A stretch of DNA of 64,000 bases from NCBI GenBank assembly GCA_944372055.1, contig CALVYF010000003.1, forward strand, positions 8,435 to 72,434. The letters run 5' to 3'. The DNA comes from an uncultured Bacilli bacterium. Lineage in GTDB: Bacteria; Bacillota_I; Bacilli_A; RF39; UBA660. The notes under the pieces are model-generated. The model worked only from the letters and a program-made list of their open reading frames with translations, made no database searches and was not told where the DNA came from. The position numbers and the translations under genes are program-made. This document shows, piece after piece, positions 28,011-37,645 of the stretch (within the stretch, counting starts at the first letter, position 1; every line of letters starts with the position of its first letter).

Positions 28011-28669
28011 GACAATCGATACCCATAACCATAAACAGCATTAACATTAAGTTTAGGCATCTTCTTTCTAAGTCTACGAACCAAATCATCTACTACTCGG
28101 TCTGTTCCAAAATAATCATTCCCCCAAACAGTATCTAATATTTCTTCCCTAGAAAAACATTTATTTCTATTTTGAATAAGAAGTAACAACAAGTCAAACT
28201 CCAAAGTTGTAAGTTTAATTTCTTTTTCTTTTTCACCTAAAACAACACGTTTATCGATATCTATTTTATAACATTCATAAGTTATAATTTGTGACTTAGT
28301 ATCTTTATATACTCTTTTTAGAATCTTATCTACACGTAAGACTAATTCCTTACTAGAATACGGTTTCGTAATATAATCATCACTACCAAGTTCAAGACCT
28401 AAAATTTTATCTAAATCTTGATCTCTTGCGGAAGTAAATATAACAGGTACATTTTCATCTTGCTCCCGGATAGCTTTGATTATATCATAGCCATTGACAT
28501 CATCTCCTAACATAATATCCAGTATCCAAAGATCTACTTTATTTCCGATATAATCGATAGCTTCTTGACCTTTTGTAAATGTAACAACATTGTAGCCAGA
28601 ACGTTCTAAATAGGTCTGAATAAGGTTTGATAAGTCAACTTCATCTTCAACAAAACAAATCGTATACAT
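28007..28669 (-). CDS. OmpR-family response regulator
   Basis: Receiver domain (VEDE...DLWILDIMLGD...KPY) plus a winged-helix C-terminus (TTLEFDLL...VDDLVRRLRKK...YGYGYRL). Confidence 0.9.
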   Translation of the reverse strand: MYTICFVEDEVDLSNLIQTYLERSGYNVVTFTKGQEAIDYIGNKVDLWILDIMLGDDVNGYDIIKAIREQDENVPVIFTSARDQDLDKILGLELGSDDYITKPYSSKELVLRVDKILKRVYKDTKSQIITYECYKIDIDKRVVLGEKEKEIKLTTLEFDLLLLLIQNRNKCFSREEILDTVWGNDYFGTDRVVDDLVRRLRKKMPKLNVNAVYGYGYRLS

Positions 28670-28902
28670 TTTTTACCACCTACCAATAGTATAACACTAT
28701 TCCCTGAAATCTTCTATAACCTTATGGGCATCCCCTCCTTTAGTAAGTAGAATATTGCTTCTAGTATAAGCGTCATCCTCCTTCCATCTATATAAAACAA
28801 CTTGTATAAAATCTTTTTATGAATTTATTTTCTTTATCCTTGTCTATCTTCCTCCCTTCGACAATTTAACTATATCGCATAAATGTGTAAGAATTATTAA
28901 AT

Positions 28903-28922
28903 AATTATGGGAAATTATGGGA
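28903..28922. promoter_or_regulatory. Perfect tandem 10-bp direct repeat AATTATGGGA x2 upstream of the RR/HK/SDR operon; candidate response-regulator box
   Basis: AATTATGGGA occurs at 28903-28912 and again at 28913-28922. Related TTATGGGC copies lie at 28722-28729 and 29020-29027. Confidence 0.3.
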
Positions 28923-29110
28923 ATTCAATTTCCAATAAAGAATATTTAGCATCAGTCCTCCTTTCTTGCTATCAGTATATAAAACAAATATGAAATTCAT
29001 TTGATAAAAAAATGAAAAATTATGGGCAAAAAAAAAAGACTATCACTAATCTTTAAAACGAATGCCACTAAAAATATCTTGAACACGTTTCATCAGTAAA
29101 ACAATGTAAA

Positions 29111-29521
29111 TTAATCGATATAAAAATAATCAATAGTAGCCTTTGCCACTTTAACATCCTTATCATCATAAATAGAAGCTTCATAAACAGAAACACTTTT
29201 ACCAACTTTAACTGCTTCTACTACTGCCTTAATTTTAGTTCCGTGACAAGCATGCAAATACTCGATATGAGAACTCAAAGTAACTGCTTTCCTGCCACTA
29301 GATCTAGCAGCAACTCCAGCAGCAGTATCAGCAAGCCCAAACAAAAATCCTCCATGAACCATACCATAAGGATTCAAGCTTTCTTCTTGAATCAAAGCTT
29401 CCATAACACAATAATCTTTCTTTATATCAACTAAAGCATAATGATTATTTTTAATGAATCCCCCTATACTTTCCATATACTTTTTACCATATGCTAATAA
29501 TTCATCTTCACTCATATGCAT
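29111..29521 (-). CDS. PaaI-family hotdog-fold thioesterase
   Basis: NPYGMVHGGFLFGLADTAAGVAA motif in a 136-aa protein. SD AGGAGG 7 nt upstream. Confidence 0.8.
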   Translation of the reverse strand: MHMSEDELLAYGKKYMESIGGFIKNNHYALVDIKKDYCVMEALIQEESLNPYGMVHGGFLFGLADTAAGVAARSSGRKAVTLSSHIEYLHACHGTKIKAVVEAVKVGKSVSVYEASIYDDKDVKVAKATIDYFYID

Positions 29522-29532
29522 AATAAAACCTC

Positions 29533-30543
29533 CTATAAATCTTTTAATTTTTTTATAGCATCATCAATATTTTTAACTGATATCAACTTAATATCTAAAT
29601 TTTCATCTTTTTTCATCTTTTTACAATCTTGATAATTCTCTCCCGCAGGAACCAAAAATACTTGGGCACCGCCACGAGCTGCACCTAATAATTTATATTC
29701 AACTTCTCCAATTTGACCAATAGAACCATCAGCTTCAATTGTACCAGTTCCCGCAATTAATTTACCCTTTGTCAAATCTCCTTTTGTAAGTTGATCATAA
29801 ATAGATAACGTAGTAATAAGGCCTGCAGAAGGTCCTGATTCATTTTTTTCAAATTGAAACTCTACTTCTGGATCAACATCATATGTAGTAACAGATTGTA
29901 ATCCTACTCCTAAAACTTTTCTATTCTCTTCTTCATACAATTTAGAAGTAAGTTCCATTTCTTTTCCATCCCTAAAAACAGTAAGAGAAACACTATTACC
30001 TTCTACTTTCTGAATAGCTTCTTGAAATTCTACTAAATTAGCACAAAGAACACCATTAACTTTTAAAAGCTTATCTCCTACTTCCAAGGGATTATCATAC
30101 TCCGGAAACTTAACAATAACATAAACATCCGTTTTAACAACTTCGCAAGGTTTATCCGCCAACTTATAAGCATAATAAATAGCATTACTATTAGACGATA
30201 ACAAATCTAATTCACTACGAAATTCAATAGCCTGGTAATCCTCATCGGTAGTATATTTATAATCATCCATACTAACCCTCTTCCAATGAGGCATAACATA
30301 ACTAAGTAAATAACTAAGAGTTGTACCTTTAAGCTCAGAAACATAAGATAAATTAAAACTGCCATCACTAGAATCACCATTTTCAACAACAACTCTATCA
30401 GAAACATCACTAATTCCTCCGCCTATAACAATATAGTAATTAACAGGCCAAGTACATATAACAACAAAAACAATTAAAAACAATATAAATTTATATTCTG
30501 TTTTAATAAACTCTTTCACTTTTTCATAAAATTTTTTAAGCAT
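29533..30543 (-). CDS. YlbL/SepM-like membrane-anchored PDZ + Lon-protease-C-terminal (S16) domain protein
   Basis: N-terminal TM segment, PDZ region (VGDKLLKVNG), and Lon-like GPSAGLITTLSIYD...IAGTGTIEADGSIGQIG...KLLGAARGGAQVFLVP. Confidence 0.8.
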   Translation of the reverse strand: MLKKFYEKVKEFIKTEYKFILFLIVFVVICTWPVNYYIVIGGGISDVSDRVVVENGDSSDGSFNLSYVSELKGTTLSYLLSYVMPHWKRVSMDDYKYTTDEDYQAIEFRSELDLLSSNSNAIYYAYKLADKPCEVVKTDVYVIVKFPEYDNPLEVGDKLLKVNGVLCANLVEFQEAIQKVEGNSVSLTVFRDGKEMELTSKLYEEENRKVLGVGLQSVTTYDVDPEVEFQFEKNESGPSAGLITTLSIYDQLTKGDLTKGKLIAGTGTIEADGSIGQIGEVEYKLLGAARGGAQVFLVPAGENYQDCKKMKKDENLDIKLISVKNIDDAIKKLKDL

Positions 30544-30586
30544 GAAATTACCTCCATGTTACATTATAACAAAGAAATGAGGAAAT

Positions 30587-31471
30587 ATGAAAAAAATTAA
30601 ACCATCAAACATCATTTTACTTGTATTAATCTGTCTAACACTCTTATATTTAGCTAATTCCGTATTCATTACAAAACAGATTCTAATCTATACAAAACTC
30701 TTTATAGAAAAACTTTTTCCTGCAAGTTTTTTATTCTTTACTTTATCTACTTTACTAATAGAATATAATGCTATTGAAACCTTAACAAAATTAATACATA
30801 AAAATGGAGCTACTCTATATGTTACACTAATGAGTTTAATTAGTGGTTTTCCCAGTGGGAGTATCTATACAACTGAATTATTAAAAAAAGGAATAATCAC
30901 AGAAAAAACAGCAAACTATCTAATCAAATTTACTCATTTCCCAAATCCTGTATTTATTTTAGGACCAGTATCTTTATTATTTCCAAATAAAACTTATACT
31001 TATAAAATACTAATTAGTATCATACTAGCAAATTTTATAATAGCTTTTATTACAAGAACAAAAGAAAAAGAAATAATAAAATACACCTCGAAAACTCCTA
31101 CAGATTTTTCAAAAACACTAACGAAAGCCACTCTAACCTCACTTAAGACAATTATTTTAATTTATGGAACTTCACTATTTCTATACCTAATCATAACTAT
31201 AATTAATCATTATTATAAATTACCATTAATCAGCTATGTATTATTAAATGGTATATTCGATTTAACAAATGGAGTATTTTTAACAAGTTTGATTACAAAT
31301 CCTATAACAAAAAGCATCATTATTATATTCTTCTTTTGTTTTGGTGGAATATCAGTACACATGCAAACAAAAAGTATCATTGCTGATACTTTAACAAAAT
31401 ATAAAAACTTCATTATAGGGCGATTACTGCAAACAGTAATAGCCATACTTATATTTTTATTGATTACTTAG
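30587..31471 (+). CDS. YlbJ-like nucleoside-recognition-domain integral membrane protein
   Basis: Polytopic protein divergent from the ylbL-like gene, as in Bacillus. The assignment rests on family resemblance only. Confidence 0.55.
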   Translation: MKKIKPSNIILLVLICLTLLYLANSVFITKQILIYTKLFIEKLFPASFLFFTLSTLLIEYNAIETLTKLIHKNGATLYVTLMSLISGFPSGSIYTTELLKKGIITEKTANYLIKFTHFPNPVFILGPVSLLFPNKTYTYKILISIILANFIIAFITRTKEKEIIKYTSKTPTDFSKTLTKATLTSLKTIILIYGTSLFLYLIITIINHYYKLPLISYVLLNGIFDLTNGVFLTSLITNPITKSIIIIFFFCFGGISVHMQTKSIIADTLTKYKNFIIGRLLQTVIAILIFLLIT

Positions 31472-33111
31472 TCAAAATTACATTTAACATCATTTTCAAT
31501 ACATTCCAAATAACGATCAATTAAACTAGTATATTTGTCCTTATTCATTCCAACAACAATAAATGCATGTGGAGCAGATTCTACTTTCCAATAATGATGT
31601 AAAGCAGTATTAGCAGCAGTAGCTTTTTCTAAAACAACCTCAGAATTACTTGGCAATACCGTGGTATCACTTTGTCCATGAATAATTAAAACTTTATCAC
31701 TAGCTTGAAAATTTCTATTACCAGCAAAAGAATCTTGATAAATATCAAAATCATCATCAGTCAATCCAACATCAACTAAGTCTATAATTAAAAACTTTAC
31801 TAAATTGTCAACAAGACCATCATCAGTTTCTTTTTTCTGAATATTAGGAAATAACTGTTGATACCAAGTAGAAGAACTAAAATCAATATTGTTTTTAGAC
31901 ATTTCATTCATAATGTTTTGATAAGATTGTTTAACACACTCTTCATAAGATAATCCAGAACAAGCAGACGAACTAGTAGAATTAACAACTTGTCCTGCTA
32001 TCTGATAATAATCAGGATATTTTTCTTGTAATGTAGACTCTAACTGATCATAAGAAATATTTCCTGAAATAAAGTTACTGATTTCTGTATCAGATACTGG
32101 CATTTGCAAATCATTTAACATTCCTTTTAACTTATCTTTAAACTCTTGTAAAGAAGAACCTACTTTCTCTAATGTAGATGTAAGATTTGAAATATTAGCC
32201 ATCTGAAGAGGCCCTTTAATAACATTCATCATAGAAGTATATCCACAATCATCTACAAATCCCTTAACATGATACTCTTTTCTTAAACTATCAGAAAAAT
32301 CTGGATTAGTAGCAAGTTGTAATGTTGTAGCACCACCTAAAGAAACACCATGAACAACTAAATTATCAACATCATAGTTTTCGTTCAAATAACGAATCCA
32401 ATCATAACTATCCAAACTTTCAAGATATCCCATGGCAACTTTACCATCACTATCTCCCTGTCCACGAAAATCAGGAGCAATAATATTATAACCATTTTCT
32501 GTATACATACTACCCATGCTTTGATACATAAATTTACCACTTAACGTATTACCATGAAGTAAAATAACCCAGTTACTACTATTTTTATCTTTAACATAAA
32601 TATTAGCACTCAATTTTTTACTTGTACCATCTAAACAATATTCACTATCATCTCCATACTTACTACACACACTACTAGAACGAATAGTAACAACTTCACT
32701 AGATACAGATGAATCAGTCTTAAGACCTAATCCTGCGAAAAAGTCATCAGCAGAATTTAATAACTTTTCAAGTTCTGCTTTTAACTCTGCAGTAGTAGTA
32801 GCACTACTATCAGAAATAGTATTTAAAATATCCAAAGATAAAACTCCTACGGCATTTCCATCCTTATATAAATCTGACATATCCATAACAGTAGATGACA
32901 AATCTTGTTTAAAATCACTCAAAGATAAATCCCCATCTACTCGCTTCAAATAATCAGTATACCCATCAACAAACTTCACAGAAGTAGCATCCATTTTATC
33001 TATTTGTACAGTTTTATGACTAGTAAAAAAGTATATAGCTAAAACTGCAACAACTAAAACAAGAGCTACTATCACAACTATTTTTAATATTCTTTTTAAA
33101 TTATCACTCAT
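31468..33111 (-). CDS. Membrane-anchored alpha/beta-fold hydrolase (third gene of the FHA-ABC/kinase operon)
   Basis: N-terminal TM segment, LLHGNT oxyanion region, nucleophile elbow HGVSLGG, later IIHGQSDT and APHAF. ATGA overlap with the kinase stop at 33108-33111. Confidence 0.8.
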   Translation of the reverse strand: MSDNLKRILKIVVIVALVLVVAVLAIYFFTSHKTVQIDKMDATSVKFVDGYTDYLKRVDGDLSLSDFKQDLSSTVMDMSDLYKDGNAVGVLSLDILNTISDSSATTTAELKAELEKLLNSADDFFAGLGLKTDSSVSSEVVTIRSSSVCSKYGDDSEYCLDGTSKKLSANIYVKDKNSSNWVILLHGNTLSGKFMYQSMGSMYTENGYNIIAPDFRGQGDSDGKVAMGYLESLDSYDWIRYLNENYDVDNLVVHGVSLGGATTLQLATNPDFSDSLRKEYHVKGFVDDCGYTSMMNVIKGPLQMANISNLTSTLEKVGSSLQEFKDKLKGMLNDLQMPVSDTEISNFISGNISYDQLESTLQEKYPDYYQIAGQVVNSTSSSACSGLSYEECVKQSYQNIMNEMSKNNIDFSSSTWYQQLFPNIQKKETDDGLVDNLVKFLIIDLVDVGLTDDDFDIYQDSFAGNRNFQASDKVLIIHGQSDTTVLPSNSEVVLEKATAANTALHHYWKVESAPHAFIVVGMNKDKYTSLIDRYLECIENDVKCNFD

Positions 33112-35108
33112 TTTTCATCCTCCTCATAAATAGCTTGAGCTTTTTTTTCTTCATATTTTTGACATTTTTTCTCATTTAACTTATATAATCTTGAACATGT
33201 ATAGCGGACCGTTGGTTTTTTAAAATCATCTTTCAAGCAGGTAGTACCCCCAAGGACATAACCATCAGGGCAATGATAAATTCCAAGTGCATCTGAAGAT
33301 ATAGTACCATAGCACATATTTCCTTTCAAAACCGTATCTGTAGTACACATATATTTAGGTGTAGCATCAATAGTAGCAGAAGATGTGCACATATTGCCAA
33401 CCGATAAATAACCAGGTGGACAATTATAAGTAGCAATAGCATTAACAGTTTCATTAGCACTGCGAATACAATTACCTTTACCATCAGAAGTTCCAGTAGT
33501 ACAAGTATAGCTAGCACTTGCAGCATAAGTATAATGACATTTTCCATCAGAATAGCTATAAGTTCCTCTAGTACAACTAGTTCGATATCCACCCCACCAA
33601 CCGCCACTAGTAGTTGGATTAGATACAATATCACAAGTAGTACCACTCAGTGTTCCTCCTAAAGAACAACCATAAGTAACAATAGCCTTAGAAGAAGTAG
33701 TTTTTGTAGTAGTACACTTATCACCCTTCCTGACATAAGAAGAATCAGGGCAACTATAACTAACAGATGCTTCCTTACTATTAGCAGTTACACATTTAGT
33801 ACCAGCCAAAACATAATTATCTGGACAATAATATATAAGTGCTGCCTCTGCACTCTCTTCTCTAACACATTTACTACCAGACAACGTAAACCCATCTGCA
33901 CACTTATACGCAAATGTTGGACTCTTAGTATTTTGATTTACACAAACGCCTTCATTCAAAATATATCCATCCTCACAATAATAGTTCTCTCTAGCAGCAA
34001 TTTCTTCTACAATTTTGACACATTTCTTTCCCTTTAAAGAATAGTTTTTAGGACACTGATAATACCCTTTAACACATATTCCTCCCTTATTTACATAGCC
34101 ATTATCACAACTACGATTAAAAAGATAAACTATAGAAGAAGAGATTATGCAAAGTAACAAAACAACGCCAAGAAGAAGTCCCTTTATAATATCCTTCTTA
34201 GTATATCTCCGACGAATCCCATCAATATTGGTATACAACTTATTGCTAAGTGCTAGATGATGAACATCTAACGTGGAGTCCAAATGGAACAATTCAACTT
34301 TTGCCTTCACAGAATTCTTAACGCCAGTTAAGGCATTCAAATCTTTTAGGACCTCATCAACACTTTGATATCTTTTTTCAAGATCAAATTCCAACAAATG
34401 TAAAACAATTTTCATAAGGCCTCGATGAACTCCTTTAATTCTAGGAATCTTAGCTCCTTGATTTCTCTTCTCTATTGCCTGATATATATTAATTTTATGG
34501 TTTTCAAAAGGTAATTTACCACCATTCAATAATACATACATAACAAGGCCCAGAGAATAAAGATCAGACCTACCATCCACTTTACCTTCTAACACTTCAG
34601 GTGCCATATAACTAGGGGTTCCAAGGAAATGTTTCTCATCCTTAGAAACACTAAGACCAAAATCCCCTAACTTATATTCACTATTAGAGTCCACAAATAT
34701 ATTACTCAACTTAACATCTCTATGAACTAAATTATTTTCATGAAAAACCTTCAAAGCATTACAAATATCTTTACCTAATCGAACGACTTCGCTTTCTGAA
34801 ATAGTCTTATCCTGATAATAAGATTTAATATCCTTCAACAATTCCATAATAATAAAAATAGAATTGCTCTTCTCTTCATTATAAAATTCATAGTAACAAA
34901 CAATATTTTTATGGTTATTAACCACTTGAATAATATGAATTTCATTCTTAAGTTGCTCAACTAAAGCTACATTAGTCGAAAAATCACTATAGTCAATATA
35001 TTTTAATACACATTCTCGCTCAACATCTTGAATTTTTTTGCGAATTAAGTATACTTTCGAATACTGTCCTTCACCTATTTTTCTAATAATTTGCCATTGA
35101 TTATTCAT
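33108..35108 (-). CDS. Hanks-type Ser/Thr protein kinase with one TM segment and a Cys-hairpin-repeat ectodomain
   Basis: Kinase motifs GEGQYSKVY, VLK, HRDVKLSNIF, DFG, GTPSYMAPE. TM segment LLLGVVLLLCIISSSIVYLF. The ~335-aa ectodomain carries about 14 repeats of C-x2-G-[YF]-x-L-x-G-x2-C. Confidence 0.88.
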   Translation of the reverse strand: MNNQWQIIRKIGEGQYSKVYLIRKKIQDVERECVLKYIDYSDFSTNVALVEQLKNEIHIIQVVNNHKNIVCYYEFYNEEKSNSIFIIMELLKDIKSYYQDKTISESEVVRLGKDICNALKVFHENNLVHRDVKLSNIFVDSNSEYKLGDFGLSVSKDEKHFLGTPSYMAPEVLEGKVDGRSDLYSLGLVMYVLLNGGKLPFENHKINIYQAIEKRNQGAKIPRIKGVHRGLMKIVLHLLEFDLEKRYQSVDEVLKDLNALTGVKNSVKAKVELFHLDSTLDVHHLALSNKLYTNIDGIRRRYTKKDIIKGLLLGVVLLLCIISSSIVYLFNRSCDNGYVNKGGICVKGYYQCPKNYSLKGKKCVKIVEEIAARENYYCEDGYILNEGVCVNQNTKSPTFAYKCADGFTLSGSKCVREESAEAALIYYCPDNYVLAGTKCVTANSKEASVSYSCPDSSYVRKGDKCTTTKTTSSKAIVTYGCSLGGTLSGTTCDIVSNPTTSGGWWGGYRTSCTRGTYSYSDGKCHYTYAASASYTCTTGTSDGKGNCIRSANETVNAIATYNCPPGYLSVGNMCTSSATIDATPKYMCTTDTVLKGNMCYGTISSDALGIYHCPDGYVLGGTTCLKDDFKKPTVRYTCSRLYKLNEKKCQKYEEKKAQAIYEEDEK

Positions 35109-35109
35109 A

Positions 35110-37488
35110 TTACTTCTTCACCTCGAGCTGCTTTTTCAAAATAAAATAACAAATACCAATAAGTACTAAAGCCATCACACAAATAATGATAATATCTTCA
35201 TAGAAATGTTTAGAAGTAAACTCAAAAAACAATTCAGCTTCTCTCTTATATCCTGGAACAACATCTTGAATCAAACTAACCATATTATTCATATCATTCG
35301 TTGTACCTAATAATTCTAAAGACCAACGACATAACATAAAATAAGAAAGAAATTCAGTAATTCCATCAAGTTCAAATAACATTCCACTAAATAGCATCTG
35401 TGGTACAAGTAAAATAGGAATATACGCCATCGCAGCACTAGGATTACTAGCTAAAGTGGAAACCACTAAACCAATAGTAGATGCTGCAAATATAGTAAGA
35501 CTAGATTCAATTACCATTTCTAAGTCCCATCGAAAAACAACACCATCAACAGGTACTGCAATAAACAGTTTCAAAGAGAATATAAGTAAAAATGCCTGGA
35601 TAATAGATAAAAACAAAAGAACAATCACTTTAGACGATAAATAAGCCGAGAGTCGCAAATTTGCCATATATTCTTTTTTTAAAATTACTCGTTCTTTACA
35701 AATTTCTTGAATAGAATTACCTAAACCAATATAAGTACCAGCAAGCGAAATAGAAAATAAAATAGATTTAGTAACATCATAGTACTCAAACAAATCATTA
35801 GTAATAATCAAAGAAAGTAAAAACGAAATAACCGGAGCTTGAAATAATAATAAAAACGTTTGAAATCTATTATTAAATATTGTTTTTAAATATCTCCTGA
35901 CCAATGTAGAACACTGCGAAAAGAAATGCTTTTTAGAAACTTTTACTTTCTCTGTCTTCTCTTCATTTTCTTTTATTCTAATTTCCTCCTGAGAATCAGT
36001 AAATTTTTGATGCCAATGAGAAACATCTTCTTCAATCAGATTATATATATCAACAAAATCATCTACTCCAAAGAATTCTTTAGCACCATTAGGAGAACCA
36101 TCATAGCAAACTCTCCCACCCCTTCCAAAAAACACAACTTTGTCGCACAAATGTAAATTCAAAGTATTATGCGTAACTAAAATAACTGTACGACCATCCT
36201 CACTCATCTTCCTCAAAGTTTTCATAATACTTCTTTCAGTTCCCGGATCAAGTCCACTAGTTGGTTCATCTAAAAAGAAAAGTCTAGGATCTGCAAGCAA
36301 TTCAATCGCAATACTAGTTCTCTTCCTTTGACCACCAGATAATCGCTTAATTTTAACGTTTTTTGCATCAGTCAAATCAACGATTTCTAAAACTTCTTGA
36401 ATTCTTCTCTCTTTCTCAATAGAACCAACCTCGTCAGGCATCCTCAAATTAGCTGAATAAGATAACATATCAGATAAAGTTAAATCCGTAAAAACAATAT
36501 CATCTTGAGGAACGTAACCAATAATATTTTTTAATGTCTCATAATTTTGATAGAGATCCACTCCATTGATTAAAACTTTTCCTTTCGTAGGTTTCATAAG
36601 ACCAGAAATACAAGACATAAAGGTAGACTTCCCTGCTCCACTTCCTCCGACAAAAGCAACAAATTCTCCAGGATTAATCTGCATATTAATATGTTGAGCT
36701 ATATCTTTTTTCTTTCCTCTTACTCGAACTGTCTTACAAACATCTTGTGCAATTACTTTAACACCTTTTTCAAAAGACTGATATAATATCTTAGCTTGAA
36801 AATAAATAATAGAAACCCCTTCAAAAGAGATAACACTATGATCAGTCAACACAACTTCACCATGAATTAAACGACCATTAACACAAACCTCTTTCTCTAA
36901 AGGAAAAAGACTAAAATGTTTATCTTTCTTCTTGATAATGACATAATCAGGAGTCAAATTATTATAAGTCAATAAAATATCACATTCATTTTTATTACCA
37001 ACTAAAACATCAGATTTAGTATCAATAGAATAACTACTCCAGTTCCTTAAAACATCATCAAACCTAACAAGAATCAAGGCACCTCCCTCAACTCTACTTT
37101 CTTCATTGTCAATACGTATAATATCATTGACTTCAATTTTCTTTTTCTGATACACTTCATCATTGATGAGAATACCATTTTTACTATCATTATCAACAAT
37201 CCACAAATCATCACCAATTAACTCAAAATACCCATGAAATTTAGAAACAAATAAAGAAGAAATAACAATATCATTAGTTTCATCTCGACCAAAAGTAATC
37301 TTATTCTTTTTAAAATCAGACACAACAAAATTACTAGCTTCTCCATGAACAAATACAGAAATCGTCTTAATAGAACTAGTTGCTTCATTGGAAATCTCAC
37401 TAGTAGCTTTCGGCACTGCATTACGTATTAAATTTTTCTTTCCCACATTATAAAAATCAAATAATGTATTCTTTACGTTAACTCCCAT
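35110..37488 (-). CDS. FHA-domain(s) + ABC ATPase + ABC-2 permease fusion (Rv1747-like exporter architecture)
   Basis: FHA-1 is ITFGRDETNDIVISSLFVSKFHGYF...DNDSKNGILIN, followed by a second degenerate FHA-like segment. Walker A GGSGAGKST, signature LSGGQRKR, Walker B FFLDEPTSGLD. Six C-terminal TM helices. Confidence 0.85.
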   Translation of the reverse strand: MGVNVKNTLFDFYNVGKKNLIRNAVPKATSEISNEATSSIKTISVFVHGEASNFVVSDFKKNKITFGRDETNDIVISSLFVSKFHGYFELIGDDLWIVDNDSKNGILINDEVYQKKKIEVNDIIRIDNEESRVEGGALILVRFDDVLRNWSSYSIDTKSDVLVGNKNECDILLTYNNLTPDYVIIKKKDKHFSLFPLEKEVCVNGRLIHGEVVLTDHSVISFEGVSIIYFQAKILYQSFEKGVKVIAQDVCKTVRVRGKKKDIAQHINMQINPGEFVAFVGGSGAGKSTFMSCISGLMKPTKGKVLINGVDLYQNYETLKNIIGYVPQDDIVFTDLTLSDMLSYSANLRMPDEVGSIEKERRIQEVLEIVDLTDAKNVKIKRLSGGQRKRTSIAIELLADPRLFFLDEPTSGLDPGTERSIMKTLRKMSEDGRTVILVTHNTLNLHLCDKVVFFGRGGRVCYDGSPNGAKEFFGVDDFVDIYNLIEEDVSHWHQKFTDSQEEIRIKENEEKTEKVKVSKKHFFSQCSTLVRRYLKTIFNNRFQTFLLLFQAPVISFLLSLIITNDLFEYYDVTKSILFSISLAGTYIGLGNSIQEICKERVILKKEYMANLRLSAYLSSKVIVLLFLSIIQAFLLIFSLKLFIAVPVDGVVFRWDLEMVIESSLTIFAASTIGLVVSTLASNPSAAMAYIPILLVPQMLFSGMLFELDGITEFLSYFMLCRWSLELLGTTNDMNNMVSLIQDVVPGYKREAELFFEFTSKHFYEDIIIICVMALVLIGICYFILKKQLEVKK

Positions 37489-37603
37489 ATCAATACCTAC
37501 TTTTATCTTAAAATAAGTATACCAAAAACAACAAAAAAAAACTACTAAAATTTTAAATTGATTTATTTCCTATCTTAAAAGCAAGTAAAAAACAGTTCAT
37601 TTC

Positions 37604-37635
37604 AAAGAAAAAAACTAAGAAAAATTTTCTTAGTT
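37604..37635 (-). terminator. Rho-independent terminator ending the minor-pilin transcription unit
   Basis: Stem AACTAAGAAAA (37613-37623) pairs with TTTTCTTAGTT (37625-37635). A long T-run follows on the minus strand. Confidence 0.65.
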
Positions 37636-37645
37636 AAAGCTATAA

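Noticed and set aside
29034-29054. Possible terminator after the thioesterase gene (AAAGA...TCTTT followed by a 10-T run on the minus strand)
   Set aside because: The stem is only 5 bp and AT-rich, with a 10-nt loop. The long T-run alone is insufficient, so it is not listed as a feature.
28670-29110. Riboswitch or T-box leader in the long gap upstream of the second two-component operon
   Set aside because: I could not find a T-box sequence, a specifier-loop architecture, or any conserved riboswitch core that I recognise. Only the direct repeats and SD-like motifs are reported.
33326-33646. 106-aa ORF inside the kinase ectodomain region, and similar internal or antisense ORFs (e.g. 30207-30410, 35456-36331, 37218-37421, 40456-40755, 42792-43058, 57116-57430, 58663-58908)
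   Set aside because: All are nested in, or antisense to, long motif-supported CDS. They have low-complexity composition (Leu/Ile/Val or Ser/Phe/Cys) and no ribosome-binding sites.
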